Positions 1 to 13,782 of a DNA stretch of 64,000 nt are shown here, piece by piece. The notes beneath the pieces were generated by a model. That model worked only from the letters and a program-made list of their open reading frames with translations. It was not told where the DNA came from and made no database searches. This stretch comes from Eledone cirrhosa (Eukaryota), in contig OZ024743.1 in NCBI GenBank assembly GCA_964016885.1, positions 342,860,001 to 342,924,000 on the forward strand. The letters are read 5' to 3'. The number at the start of each line of letters is the position of its first letter. Positions within the stretch are counted from its first letter, which is position 1. The position numbers were made by a program, and so were the translations under genes.

Positions 1-685
1 GTGACACCTTTGCATTAGAAATACAGCTCATCCATCGGGCTTACAAACCACATATAAAACGTCAAGGAGTCTAATAATTCTATTCCATAACCTGTAACAT
101 AATCAGCAAAGCGAAATCCTATAGCCTAAAATTTTACTCACTTTGCAACTCAGAAAAAGAAACAGCTATTCTCTTCGACACTCATATGATACCGAATTCT
201 AAAACCAAACTTTTCTTTTGGCAGACAGAGAAAATACTCACTTGGCAGAAACTATAATTAACCACACTGTTAACCCAAAATGTACATCCGATTACACATT
301 TATATATATATATAAACACATACGTTTGCGTTCTTTGACTATGTTTGTATTATTACGGCTCTTTAATTAATTTTATGTATATACATAACTTCCACTCTTT
401 ATATATACATATGTGTGTAGAGGGTGTAGTGTTTATATTTAGAGTTTGACTTACCAGCGATTTCAAAATGTAACCACATCTATCTCATCAGATGCATTGA
501 ATAATAAGCAAAACAACAACAGAGTAGAGGTTGGAGTTCAGAGACATCATCTTAAGGGTCTCCATTGGTTGGTTCAGGTCACCTGGGGGTGTTAATAAGT
601 GAGATACAGCAGTTTAATGAAGGAGTGCAGGAAAGTTTGCATATCGGGGGTGCCATTAAATTTGATATAATTATCCGACATGATA

Positions 686-803
686 GGTACCCTGCGTATC
701 AAGGGTGCCCTGCTTATCAGGGGTACCCTGCTTATCAGGGGTGCCTTGTTCATCAGGGTGCCCTGCTTATCAGGGGTACGCTGCTAATCATGGGTGCCCT
801 GCT
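686..803. repeat. 18-bp minisatellite (gggtaccctgcttatcag, ~6 degenerate copies)
   Basis: Direct tandem copies; produces the PAYQG repeats in the ORF track. Confidence 0.85.
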
Positions 804-1079
804 TCCGTCATTGTGTCAGTCAGCTCTCCGCTCTGTCTACGTAGTGTTGCTGGCGAGATGAAATGTTCAGTTGATGTATGTGATGACTTTTAGTAGGTCT
901 AATGTTGGTGTTTTCATAGTGTCTATGCTGGTTTGAGGCTTGGGGCTCTCTGCTCCACATATGCACGTGAACCGGATGGAACTGAGCTGGTCTTTGTGGG
1001 ATATTCGGGGCCAATGGTTTGAAATTGGCTAAAAAAGCGTTTCGCCGGTAGCAGCAAAATGTTAGATCAATTTACCTGT

Positions 1080-1298
1080 TGATGTGGGCGTTGTGCCCTT
1101 GGTCATGGAACCTCCATATGAGGTAGAGTTCTCCATCTTCCTGTGTCTAAAGGAGTGTGCCTGAAGGATAAATCTATCCTTGAATTCATTGGCTGTTCAG
1201 TTCATATAGTTCCTATGGGAACCGACAGGTGTTGTGAAGATGGCTCTACCGGCCATGACGTTTGAGATGTGGAGTGAGGCCTTGACAATTGCAGGTTG
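1080..1298 (-). mobile_element. Degenerate Penelope-like GIY-YIG endonuclease remnant
   Basis: Minus strand gives TCNC... then RNYMN*TANEFKDRFILQAHSFRHRKMENSTS, matching the YxGxTxxxFKxRFxxH pattern of the 4048-4923 ORF; has stops and frameshifts. Confidence 0.5.
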
Positions 1299-1324
1299 AT
1301 GTGTGTGTGTGAATGTGTGTGTGT

Positions 1325-1404
<80 letters not shown>

Positions 1405-1518
1405 ATTTTTTTCTGTTATAACGGGCCGTATTTGAAGTAATACAATTTAAACAAGAGTAGATAACTTTAATGCTGTGTAAGCGGAAAATGTTGTTCATAT
1501 ATGTAAGGGTGCACACAT

Positions 1519-1555
<37 letters not shown>

Positions 1556-1677
1556 CGCATACACGCACATATATATACATATACATATGTACGTATGGGT
1601 TATATCGAATATTTGTTTACCAATGTTCGGTATAACTTATACGTACATATGTATGTGTATATATATGTGTGTGTATG

Positions 1678-1713
<36 letters not shown>

Positions 1714-1864
1714 CGTGTGTGTATCTCCCGAATGAAACAGTTCTAGTCCTGTAGAAACCTTTTCTATATAAAATATTTATACTCTGCTTCTTTGTATTGA
1801 GTACCTTACTTACTGTGGTTACCTCCGATTGAACCCGGGATAAACTTATATATATACACACAAC

Positions 1865-1923
<59 letters not shown>

Positions 1924-1927
<4 letters not shown>

Positions 1928-2136
1928 TATGTACGCGTACATACATATATGCATACAGACGTACAATAGTATGTATATATATATATATACATCATGCACA
2001 TATATATATATGTACGTATGGATTCACCGAACATTTATTGTAATGCTCGGTGTGTTTGTAAACAAACATCCCGTATTAAGCCATAGTGTCTAGCAACCGT
2101 CGTTGCTCGTTTGTTCAACACTGAAAAAGCAACGCT

Positions 2137-2142
<6 letters not shown>
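1924..2142 (-). mobile_element. Truncated copy of the hammerhead-bearing short element seen at 61146-61741
   Basis: Shares catacagacgtaca, gtttgtaaacaaac, ttgttcaacactga and aacg(a/c)tgtacta; flanked by (TA)n. Confidence 0.7.
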
Positions 2143-2167
<25 letters not shown>

Positions 2168-2234
2168 GAGGGAATGAATTCTGTGAGAGAACATCGTTAT
2201 TTGTTCTCCCTCATGTCAAGAATTTGAAGACAAT

Positions 2235-2310
2235 TCATTTTCACCTGATAATCGATCATGGCTTCACAATCGATCTATCTCTTATTGAAACATGTGTCGT
2301 GATTAAATGA
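2235..2310 (+). ncRNA. Degenerate type I hammerhead ribozyme motif (core G8>A)
   Basis: tcattt-tcac CTGATAA ... GAAA catgtg TC gtga-tt-aaatga: stem I and stem III/GUC present, core reads CTGATAA, stem II poor. Confidence 0.45.
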
Positions 2311-2483
2311 TTGGAATTTTACCTTGCCTTCGGATTTTCATTTTGATACTTATACTCCGTTTTACATCACCTAGCTGTTCCCTCGAATGGAATTGGAGAT
2401 ATACAAAAGCGTGAAGAACTTAATATTGCTAACAAAGTTATTGGACCATTTTACACAACCAATAATGCACCTTACTATATAAC

Positions 2484-2589
<106 letters not shown>

Positions 2590-2695
2590 TTTGGAAAATG
2601 TATGAAATCCTTGGTACAGTTAAGTACATTTGAAAAAAAGGAAAAGAAGGACTTCACTTGTAGTTCTAAACAATTTGATTTAATTTTATAATATC

Positions 2696-2747
2696 ATAAT
2701 TTTACAATTTAGTTTTGTAGATCTACAAAACTAAATTGTAAAATTAT
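2696..2747. repeat. Perfect 52-bp palindrome
   Basis: ataattttacaatttagttttgtaga|tctacaaaactaaattgtaaaattat. Confidence 0.95.
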
Positions 2748-2780
2748 ATTATATATAAGGAAAAAGGAATAGTCCTTTTT

Positions 2781-2843
<63 letters not shown>

Positions 2844-2868
2844 TGTAATAAACAACATAAGATAATTA

Positions 2869-2928
2869 TTTCATTTACCAGTGGTTTCTTGAAAGCAAAC
2901 AAATCTGCTTTCAGTCATCAGAATGAAA
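2869..2928 (-). ncRNA. Type I hammerhead ribozyme motif
   Basis: Minus strand: tttcatt CTGATGA c tgaaagca-gatttgtt-tgctttca a GAAA ccactgg TA aatgaaa; 7-bp stem I, 8-bp stem II, near-palindromic stem III, GUA triplet. Confidence 0.85.
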
Positions 2929-3047
2929 AAAATCCTGGTGTTTTTATTGAATGTGGATTTGAAAACAAAAAATTTAAGAAATATGAAAGTGAGGCTGAAG
3001 GAAGAAGAAAAAAAGATGACAATATATGTATATAAACACACACACAC

Positions 3048-3278
<231 letters not shown>

Positions 3279-3452
3279 CACACATACATATATATACACA
3301 CACACATAATTATAAAAATAAATAAAAATAAATAAACAAAAATATACACACTGGACCATCGCTTACCACGTTTGACTAGCGGCGCACGAGGTGACAAATT
3401 CATCTTTCTGTGTGAACGTTGGCAAATAGTGTTTGTGGCATTTAATCAGATT

Positions 3453-3530
3453 CCCTCGCTGATGAAGCCCAGGATTATCTGTTACAAACACACTCAGGGC
3501 GAAACAGATTAGGGATAATCTGTTCGAGAG
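3453..3530 (+). ncRNA. Type I hammerhead ribozyme motif with stable stem III
   Basis: ctcg CTGATGA a gccc...gggc GAAA cagatta-ggga-taatctg TT cgag; 8-bp stem III with GGGA tetraloop, GUU triplet. Confidence 0.85.
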
Positions 3531-3736
3531 ATATAATGGTTATTGAGGCGGTTTGTATATTTTATCATTCTGTCTGCTTCTTGGTTAAATATTTCAAACA
3601 AATGTGGTTTTTCAACCCTTGTAATTTTAGACACACGGTTTACTGTGTTTCTTACTATATATTATTAATCGGCTCAGTATTTATACTTTGAGCTTAATAG
3701 TTACAGGGTTCCAATTGAGTTTTAACTCTAATTTTC

Positions 3737-3791
<55 letters not shown>

Positions 3792-3795
3792 AGGC

Positions 3796-4100
3796 TATAA
3801 TAATTGTTTCTATTTTAGGCACAAGGCCAGCAAATACCCAGTACATTACTGGTACTTTATTTTATCGACCCCGTAAGGATGAAAGGCAAAGTCAACCTCG
3901 GCGGGATTTGAACGATCTGAGTTCAAATCCCGCCCAGGTTGACTTTGCCTTTCATCCTTACGGGGTCGATAAAATAAAGCACCAGTAATGCACTGGGTAA
4001 TTTGCTGGCCTTGTGCCTAAAGTAGAAACAATTATTATAGCGGTGGATTGGCAGTATCAGTAGAGAGTCGGACGCCATGCTTTGAAGCAATTCACCGCCA
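3796..4100. mobile_element. Rearranged (fold-back) tRNA-derived SINE
   Basis: SINE 3' half on minus (3796-3913), the same half on plus (3914-4038), then the SINE head (4039-4090). Confidence 0.85.
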
Positions 4101-4923
4101 TAATAATGAAATTAAATACATCGACAACAATGATAAGGCAATTAACCATAATATTAATTATAATTATAATAAGAAACCTAGCATAAACTCTAAAACTAAC
4201 AGAAGAAATAGAACTAGAAACATAATTTGGTATGCTCCTCCATTTTCACTAAGTATTAAAACACCTCTAGTTAAACTATTTTTTAAAGCTCTTGATAAAT
4301 GTTTTCCCAAGGCCCCTAGATATTACTCAATCTTTAACAGACATACAATTAAACTATCTTACTCTACTACTATGAATCTAGCACAAAATATAAATAGAAT
4401 CAATAATAGAAATCTAAACCTTAACCAGAATAGCACTAATACCTCTAGCAATATCCAATATAATAATACTGTTCCGCATAATATAAACTCTGATAAATGT
4501 AATTGTAGAATTAAATCTAACTGTCCTTTAAAAAATAACTGTTTAGTTAAAAATGTGGTTTATAAATGCAATGTCAAAACCAATGATAATATTTTTAACT
4601 ATGTTGGCTCAACTTCTACAGACTTTAAATCCCGTTTCAATAACCATAAATGCTCGTGTAAAAAATCTTCAACTTCTCTATCCAACTTGATATGGAACTT
4701 AAAATCCAAAAATAGAAACTATTCTTTAACTTTCAAAAAATTTCAAAAAATTTCAAAAGCACCCGCTTACAGAAGCACAGCTTTATCCAAATTTTGCAAA
4801 TTGTATGTTGAGGAAATTTTCTTCATACTTAAATGTAAGAACTCCATTAATTTACATAACAATTTACTTAGTTCTTGTAAACATCGCCAAAACTCAACTT
4901 TTAGATCTATATATAAAATATAA
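4100..4923 (+). pseudogene. RT thumb/linker plus GIY-YIG endonuclease fragment of a Penelope-like element
   Basis: Part of ORF 4048..4923; the first ~17 codons are SINE-derived and the RT core is absent. Confidence 0.85.
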
Positions 4924-6424
4924 TTCCACGTTTAATCTTCTCTACATAATGTTTACTTTATCCAAACACCTATAATCTCATTTCTTAAATTATATGCATA
5001 TATGTTCATAAATTCTAAATCTTTAAATTTAAATTTAATGTAATTCTAATTTTAATATCTTTCACTTCTTAAATATATATAATTTACTTCTTAAATCTTT
5101 ACTTTTTAATATTTTTACTTCTTAAATATCTTTTTTATCTTTATTTATCTTACTTCCAAAATATCTCATAATCTTTTTAGAAAAATTACTTTAAATTTTT
5201 TTTTAAATTACTTATTTCCAAAAAAAAACTATTTTTTGGGGCATCTTAATATTTTAAATATATTTTTTTAGTATTTTTCTAATATTTTTTAATATTTTTA
5301 AATATTTTTAAGTATTTTTAAATATTTCTTAATATTTCTTTATATTTTTTGAATAAATTTAGGTTTTTAATTATATTTCCTGAATAATTTTGGATTTTTA
5401 ATTAATTTTAAAACACTTATTAATTGTTTTTAAAAGGTTTTTGAGTATCTTCGGAGTCTTTTTGAGATCTTTTAAAAATCTCTTGGAAAGTTTTTCCAGG
5501 AATTTTCAAGAATTTTGTCTAGAATTGTTAATATTTTATAGTTTTAATTTTTAAATGGTTTTAGTATTTTCTCATACTTTTAATAATGTTTAATTTTTTA
5601 ATTATTTAATATTAGAGTTATAACCAATAACTAACTCTGGCTAAATATATTTCTAAATATATTTTTAAACATATCTGTGTCAAAATTATCTCATAATAAC
5701 TAATAAATAAACAAAACTGGCATTTTCAATATTTTTCCAATGTAAAACATTAAAAACATATAAGGAATCTTATTAACTCAGTTAATTTAATTTAATTTAA
5801 TTTAAATACTTACACTAAATATAAACTAGTATCCCTCATAATTTATCATCTATAACATGATATACCCATCTATCCACTCATATATCTATCCTTATATCTA
5901 TCCTTATATCTATATTTTATCCTATGCTTCTACTTTATATCTATTTATTTTAAATCTATTTTTTTATATATTTTAATATATTTTAATATATTCTAATATA
6001 TCTATTTTTTCGATATATCTAATTTTCTATATACTTATAATAGTAAATAAATATTTATTACAATAGAATTCAAACAATTATTAGTAAATATACGTAACAT
6101 AAATATGTAACATAAACATAAGACTTATTTACGTTATATGAGCTCATCCTCGGATAAGCTTCTTTCTTCACTCTTTCTTCACTCTATTTCTTCACTCTAT
6201 TTCTACATATACTAATATTTTCTTTTCTTTTCTCTCTCTCTTCTTTTTTTTCTCTCTCTTCTCCCACAGCGTAATTTAAATAAACGGTTGTTTTTTCAAT
6301 TTTTCGGACATTCATTTGCATATTCACACAGAACTTTGAATTACCCTCAATAAAATTGTTCACTATCCACCGTATTTTCAACCGTCAAGGTTGTTTTCCG
6401 CGGTTATTTATGAAACAAATTTTG

Positions 6425-6489
6425 TATTTTATCTGATGAAAGCGCACCAAGATTGCCTTGGTTGCCCTTGAAATATATATAATAAAATA
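6425..6489 (+). ncRNA. Minimal type I hammerhead ribozyme in the PLE 3' region
   Basis: tattttat CTGATGA aagcgcaccaag-attgc-cttggttgccctt GAAA tatata TA ataaaata; 8-bp stem I, palindromic stem III, AUA triplet. Confidence 0.88.
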
Positions 6490-6867
6490 ATTATGGTTTT
6501 ATAAATATAGTTTCCATTTATTAATATATTGAATATTTACTCCAGTAAACTGTTGAATGCTCTATATCAGTTATAAACTTTTAAGTTTGTTGGAATCCCA
6601 ACAAATTAAATATAACTTCTACATATATATATATATATATATACATACATATGCATGCATGCATACATACATACATACATACATACATACATACATACAT
6701 ACATACATACATACATACATACATACATACACACATATACACACATACACACACATATATACACACATACATAAACATACACATACATAGAAATATACAC
6801 ACACATATATATATACAGTACAAACATATACACAGATAAATATATACATATAAATACATATACACCT

Positions 6868-6926
<59 letters not shown>

Positions 6927-7497
6927 TATATACACACGTATACATACTCACATGCATACACACTCATACGCACGCATATACTCTCAACTACACGTATAGG
7001 TACATATACAAATGTAGGTGTATATACATATATCAAGAAATATAAATACATTCACACACACATATACATGAGAAAAAATACATACAACCACATACACACA
7101 TATATATATATTAAAAAAATGTTATATATAAAAATATACATACGCATATGTACACATACATATGCACGCACATACATATATATATATACACATATAAACA
7201 TATATACAAAAGTGGAAGGGGTATTCAATTAGTTGGAAATACGACAAATATAAATAAAAATAAAAATAAAAGGTTTATAACATATTTAGAGCACTCAACA
7301 ATTCCTGGAGTAAATATTCAATGATATTAAATATTTAATATCTTTGTATATAATTATATATATATACAACACATACACACAAAACATACACACATATATA
7401 CCTAGATATACATACACATATACACACAATTACACACGCACACACATACATAAAGTTACATCACCATATAATTAAAAAAATACACACACACATATAA

Positions 7498-7570
<73 letters not shown>

Positions 7571-7695
7571 CACAAATACACATATACATATATATACATA
7601 TATATATATAAGTATTGAAGTTTCTGTTGAAAATTGAAAAAGTCAGAGAAATGAAGAGTGCTCTATGTAAGTTACAGAGCTAAATATTCAATGTA

Positions 7696-7739
<44 letters not shown>

Positions 7740-7777
7740 GCACATAAATATTTTATATATATATATTTAATAAATAC

Positions 7778-7817
<40 letters not shown>

Positions 7818-8033
7818 CTTGCAAGCAGGGAAAAGCGGACGTAAAATGAAATGATGATGATGATGATGATGATGATGATATATATATATACATATACACA
7901 TAAATAAACATACATACATATACAAACATATATACATAAACGTGCATATAAACATATATGCATAAACGCACAATAATTACACACTCACATAAGCACATAT
8001 ATATATACATATATATATATAAATATACATACA

Positions 8034-8119
<86 letters not shown>

Positions 8120-8123
<4 letters not shown>

Positions 8124-8171
8124 AGTATTATGTATACGTACATACATATATGCATACAGACGTACAGCAGC

Positions 8172-8224
<53 letters not shown>

Positions 8225-8307
8225 CATACAGGCACACATATATATGTACGTATCAGTTTAGTGAACATTTATTATAATAACTGATACGTACATATATATA
8301 TGTGTGC

Positions 8308-8361
<54 letters not shown>

Positions 8362-8465
8362 GCTACTCTACGTCTGTATGCATATATGTATGTACGTATA
8401 CATACATACTTACATTTAAGTAAGTGCCGTACTAAGAGTGAGAAATGAAATTTTATTTCATTCTA
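8120..8465. mobile_element. Fold-back fragment of the 61146-61741 element family
   Basis: Inverted arms centred near 8268; right arm ends in cttacatttaagtaagtgccgtactaagagtgagaaatgaaatt, as at 61835-61880. Confidence 0.75.
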
Positions 8466-8473
8466 TTCCATTT

Positions 8474-8534
<61 letters not shown>

Positions 8535-9004
8535 CTGTGTGTGTGTGTGTGTGTGAAACTATATATATACTGAATATATATATTTATATATATATATATA
8601 TATGCATGCAATCCAAATGAAAGAAGTACTCAGTACTATGTATATTATGTATATTAGAAGCTGATACTTCATGGATTTTGCCCCATTGAAAATTGGAATA
8701 ATGGCCTATAAATGTATACTCAACATTTCGAGAAAGAAAACGTTTTCTATTCGTTTAATAAATCTGAATATCCACTGCTGACATATTGTTAAGAACATGG
8801 TGTATGCATGATGGTCATAACGATATTTGAAATAACATTCTTTGATATATGTTTTTAATTTTTAATGCATGTCAATAATAATTTAATTATCTTAGTTTAA
8901 ATGATATTAACTTGTATCAAAAATTAATAACGTACATCAAAGAATCGTTATTTTACCCACGCAAAGATTATATTGAACATATCCATATTAAAGACTAAAT
9001 AATA

Positions 9005-9181
9005 CTTTAGGCACAAGGCCAGCAATTACCCAGTGCATTACTGGTACTTTATTTTATCGACTCCGTAAGGATGAAAGACAAAGTCAACCTCGGCGGGATT
9101 TGAACTCAGATCGTAAAGGGACGTAACTATGCTGGAAAGCATGGCGTCCGACCCTCTACTGATACTGCCAATCCACCGCCC
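9005..9181 (-). mobile_element. tRNA-derived SINE (family A) with 19-bp TSD
   Basis: A/B-box-like head and gcctttcatccttacggggtcgataaaataaagtacc-type body; TSD tattaaagactaaataata at 8986-9004 and 9182-9200. Confidence 0.92.
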
Positions 9182-9235
9182 TATTAAAGACTAAATAATA
9201 AGTATGAAATATTAATAATATTATACCCTAATTCA

Positions 9236-9535
9236 GGGCGATGGGTTGGCAGTATCGGTAGAGCGTCGGACAACTTCCTTTATGATATAGAGTTACGCCC
9301 TTTTACGATCAGAGTTTAAATTCTTCTGGGGTTAGCTCTGCTTTTCATCCTTTTTGACTTAACGATGTAGAGTTACGGCCCTTTACGTTCTGAATTCAAT
9401 TCCTCTAAAGGTTAGCTTTGCCTTTCATCCTTATGGGGCCGATAAAAATAAAGTACCAGTAATGTACTGGATCGATTTATTTGATTTTCCCCTCCCCAAA
9501 AATTGTTGGCCTTGTGCCTAAATCAGAAACCAATA
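9236..9535 (+). mobile_element. SINE family A with internal duplication
   Basis: Head and body with the B-box segment repeated. Confidence 0.8.
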
Positions 9536-10688
9536 TTATATTATAATTTGTTTCCATTACACATATCACTGGAAGAAAAAGTTATCCGTGCAGAATTGTC
9601 GTCTTTTACTAGTTAGTCATTAGACTACGGTAAAGCCGGGAAGCTTTCTTGAAGTAATTCGGTTGATTACATCGACCTCTACTTATATATTTTCAAATAT
9701 AATACTTGCTTTACCGATTTCTTTTTGTCAAACCACTTTGTCAAACCACTGACGCTTTCGCAAAAATTTACTAGAAGGGGGATGTAAATTTACGAGAAGG
9801 TCTATATCAAATTGTTATATTTAAGATATTTGAAAGGTTGAATATATTATTGCATAAAATATTCTTCGCTAAAATCAATATCAGAAATCTTATTCATACA
9901 GATATTTCAACTTTCTCCTCAACACACAGTTCTACTTAATGTTAAGTTTCACCTAAAAGTTTTAGTCAATCCCAATAAAGTATCAAAATCCATTATTGGG
10001 TTTACAAAGAATTCTTTTAAAACATGATATTCACAACAGATCAACATTCTGAAGAAACCTGAAAGACAACATTACAAAGCTTTATCGAAATATATCTGGA
10101 AACTGAAGGACAGAAAACCCATTGCTTTCAAAATATAGTGGTTCATTTAAAAACGGGCATTACCGAATATACATTGCAGTTTTCAGTTTTCTTTGTACTG
10201 TTTGTCGTAATCGTTATCTTACAGAAATGCTTAAGATTTTTTTAGATGATTCTAATATTTTTTGAGGCAATGCTTGTAAAGTTTTGCAAAAGAAAGTTAT
10301 GAAATAACTACTGGTTAAATATTATGTGTTATATCAAACGGAAAACATTTTGAGCTCTGAATTGTTGAATTGTTACATTTGTAAGAGCATCTAATATACT
10401 GTCTTGTGGTATTTGTTCCTGCTCTCTGAGTTCAAATCGCTTTGAGATCAATTTTGCACTGCATCCTATCAGGGTTGATAAATAAAGTACTACTCCCGGG
10501 GGGTGAATTGGTGAGATCGTTAGAACGTTGGGTGGGAAACCTTACAGTTCTGTACTGACTTTTTGAATTCTTTCTTCTCGTGATAGGCCTCCAATATCAA
10601 CTGGAGCAACGTGTTGATTGGAACAACAACTCAGTGGCATTAATATTGATAACATTCTTGGGTGCCGCCTAATGTCTGTAAATATAGG

Positions 10689-10885
10689 CAGACCTGTCAA
10701 CTCTCCCCATCCAACGGGGAGATCTCCCACCCACTCTGGGGGGGGGGGGGTGAAAGATATCTTCTCTTGTGAAAATGGGCATATAAATGGGCATGTAAAA
10801 TCTCCCCATTTCGTCTCATTCTCACCGTTTTGGGGCACTTTTTTATGGTACTCCCCGTTTGGGTTTTTAGAGGTTGCCAGGTCTG
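10689..10885. mobile_element. Short TIR element (MITE); homolog at 18248-18431
   Basis: Ends cagacctgtcaactctc / agaggttgccaggtctg; second copy in opposite orientation. Confidence 0.7.
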
Positions 10886-13782
10886 CATATGATAGCTGAA
10901 ATTACCGACGTTCGTTTATTTAGTTTGTTTCATTTTTGCATTCACCTTAACATCTTACTAAAACATAGGAGTAATTGTAATTTTCTGGCGTTTAGCCTGG
11001 AAAGGAAGGACAGCACCTATAACCCATGACTGGTAGGAGAACGGCAGAAAGTTTGCTTTAAAACCTGGATAGAATACTAACAATGTAGTGAACTTCTCTA
11101 AACGCATCCAAGGATTAGGTGGTTATATTAAACCGGGCGGTGGATTAAGTCTACCACCCAGGAATGAATTCAGAACTCAATAAGCCGAATTATTGGGTCG
11201 TCAAGTTTGAAATTTGTAGAAATTTGTAGAAAAAAAACAAATTTCTACAAATTTCATACTTGATGACCCAATAAATATCGCAGGATTACTCGTCCGACGC
11301 TCTTACATTTAAGCCACCTCACCACCCTGAACTGACATTTCATCTTTTCGACTCCGAAGAAATGAATCATAGTGGAATTTGAACTCATAGTGGACAAACC
11401 TGGAATAAATGTAGTAAACAATTTTATCGTCCGCTCTAATGATCTCACTATTTCTCTTCTTTTAAACTATCAATTCCTTTTATACAACTGGAGTATTTTG
11501 TTACTTATACAATTTCTAATCTTGTTAGGATTTCATTAAGCATTTGTAAGTTTTCTGAAGCCTTTCCAATAGACATTTTATGGCAAATGATTATGGATAA
11601 TGTATTAATAGAAGAGCATCCAGTGTGGGTTAAGAATAATTAGGGGTTCTCCGTCGGATTCGATGACTAGTATACAGTTGTTTGATTAACTGAACGTCTA
11701 ACTCGTGAATTAACGTCTAAGTTGTTGAGTATTCCACTTAATGCAATTCAAAACTGAATGAGCGTCACAGTGTGTGACTAGGCTGGGCTTTTGAATTACA
11801 AGTACAATCCATCAAACAGACTTCTAATTCCACTTACAGATTTTGGGTTGATTCATGACTATCGTAAAGATGCCATGTGGTGGGATCGAACTGGAATTCA
11901 TGATTGCGTAGTGAACTTCCTAACCACTCAACCATGCCTGTGTCCACTGGTCGGTTTGATCCTCATTCCAAGCAACTGAATAGTCCCTTGTGGTTCTAAT
12001 TTCAAAAGGTTAAATACACATTGAACAGATAGACAGATCTCGTTAGCCTTGGTTGGCAGTTTATCTAGGAGAAGGATCCCTCTAATTTCAAAACTCGGAT
12101 AGATGGGTCTCCTTAGTCACTATGGTAACAACATTTCAAGTGGTCAACGGTTTCATCTTTGTGATGAAGGCAGATGAGCTGCGGCTCGGTACTCAGCTTT
12201 TGAGTAATAGTAGGACGAGGATTCAGCACCCTCCGGCGTCACTTTTGTTCAGAAGAGAATCACAGTCATACAACATTATATAGATGAGCATTGATGCAAT
12301 TGTCAATGGTACCCGACCCTCGGCAACGAAGATGGCAAGAGACCAGATCATACCAAATACACATTGACATGACTTCATATATTTATTTATTCATAAAATA
12401 CTATGTATTGGTATTTAAAGTGGCAGAGCTGACGAGTAATAGGTAGATGGTAGATAAGATGATTTACTCTTTGAGTATGTACGTGCGTGGTAAAAAAATT
12501 GTGAGGCTCTGACAGTGGTCTGGGTTTGGTGGAACATAAGGATAATTGACTTAGAGAAACACCGTACGAAGTTACCCAAAGACACCTAAGTGTTCAATTT
12601 TGACATGTTTAACAAGGACATCTGTTTGGCACAAGCAGACAAACTTGTCAAATTGGACAAGATTTGGGCCGGCATAGCCGTCCCACGCGAGGTGTTGGCA
12701 ACAACTGCCAAAAATACTCTAACGTACAAATGTATTTCAACCTCCAGTTAAGTCTATTCATCTTTAATATCATTAACTACCTCCCTTACACCTGCTATTC
12801 ATGTAAAACCCTTCAGTGTGCATGTTGCCTGTTTTTAGGAAATTAATAAAAGAATTAAACGTGAAAGCTAATTATTAAAATAACATTACAATCAATATAT
12901 TAATGGTGTAATTAGCATCCATTCGTATTTCCTTAACAGATGAGAATCCTACTGGAGATAATTGTCTTTCAGGTGTATAATAACTAAAAGTATAAGAGTG
13001 ACTTCTGAGTAATTTGTTTTTTCCTTCTGCTAATCATAATACCTATGTCTAATTAAATTATTAAGTACCTCAGTAAGACTTTAACTGGAGGAAAATGTTG
13101 CTTTGAAGGAAAAACTCCCGACACTTTTATGTTCTGTAAGCAATAGAATAAATAGTTGTTACAAATAAAATATATACATAACAGTTGAAGATAATATCAA
13201 TTGACGAGAGTGGAATCGAACCAGAATATTAACGAAAGTTTAAGAAAAATAATTGTTACAAAATGTCATCTGACTCCGTCGTACTATAAAACGTGCTTTC
13301 TACTTGACTTGCGAATTAGAACTTCTGTTTTGTGTAGTCATTCATTTCAGACGGCCAGAGGAAGTAACCCCTCTTGAAATTGAAAGAGCACAGAAAATCA
13401 TATTGCCGGATATCCAACACATTGCTAGAGGCAGGTAATTTGGTATCATTTCAGTGCCCTTCAAGAGTGAAACACTAGCCGGACAAATCCATAATCAATT
13501 CAATACGACGTACCTGGAAAGAAGAACTATTAGGGTAAGAATTGCAGGAATCCTGCTGAAGCGGGATATCTGGTGGATCCTGGCCTGTCTGGTCCTCAAG
13601 GGAAGCAATACCCTCCTCGAGGTGAAGAGGTCAAATAGGGAAAACTAGTTTGGGATGAGTGTGGAGAAATATATATATATTTCACATATATTTGAAGAAG
13701 TTTTCACCTCAATAATACATACTAATAGTTCAGTTTTCATAATTATTTGATTATAATATTATTTTATTATTTTAGTGCTCTA

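Larger units (their letters stand above)
4100..6620 (+). mobile_element. 5'-truncated Penelope-like element (Naiad-type C-terminal GIY-YIG) with long AT-rich 3' region and hammerhead
   Basis: ORF IIWYAPPFS...IFNRHTIKLSYS...CNCRIKSNCPL...VVYKC...YVGSTSTDFKSRFNNH...CKH; hammerhead at 6425-6489; ends in (TA)n. Confidence 0.85.

Noticed and set aside
445-498. CTGATGA...GAAA on the minus strand downstream of a PLE remnant
   Set aside because: Partial stem II only; no convincing stem I or III, at most a decayed hammerhead
4100-6420. Selenocysteine-encoding Naiad with a SECIS element
   Set aside because: No in-frame TGA in the visible ORF, and I could not identify a SECIS-like hairpin
9005-9181. 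SINE heads as tRNA genes
   Set aside because: Only A/B-box-like motifs, no complete cloverleaf; fused to a SINE body with TSDs
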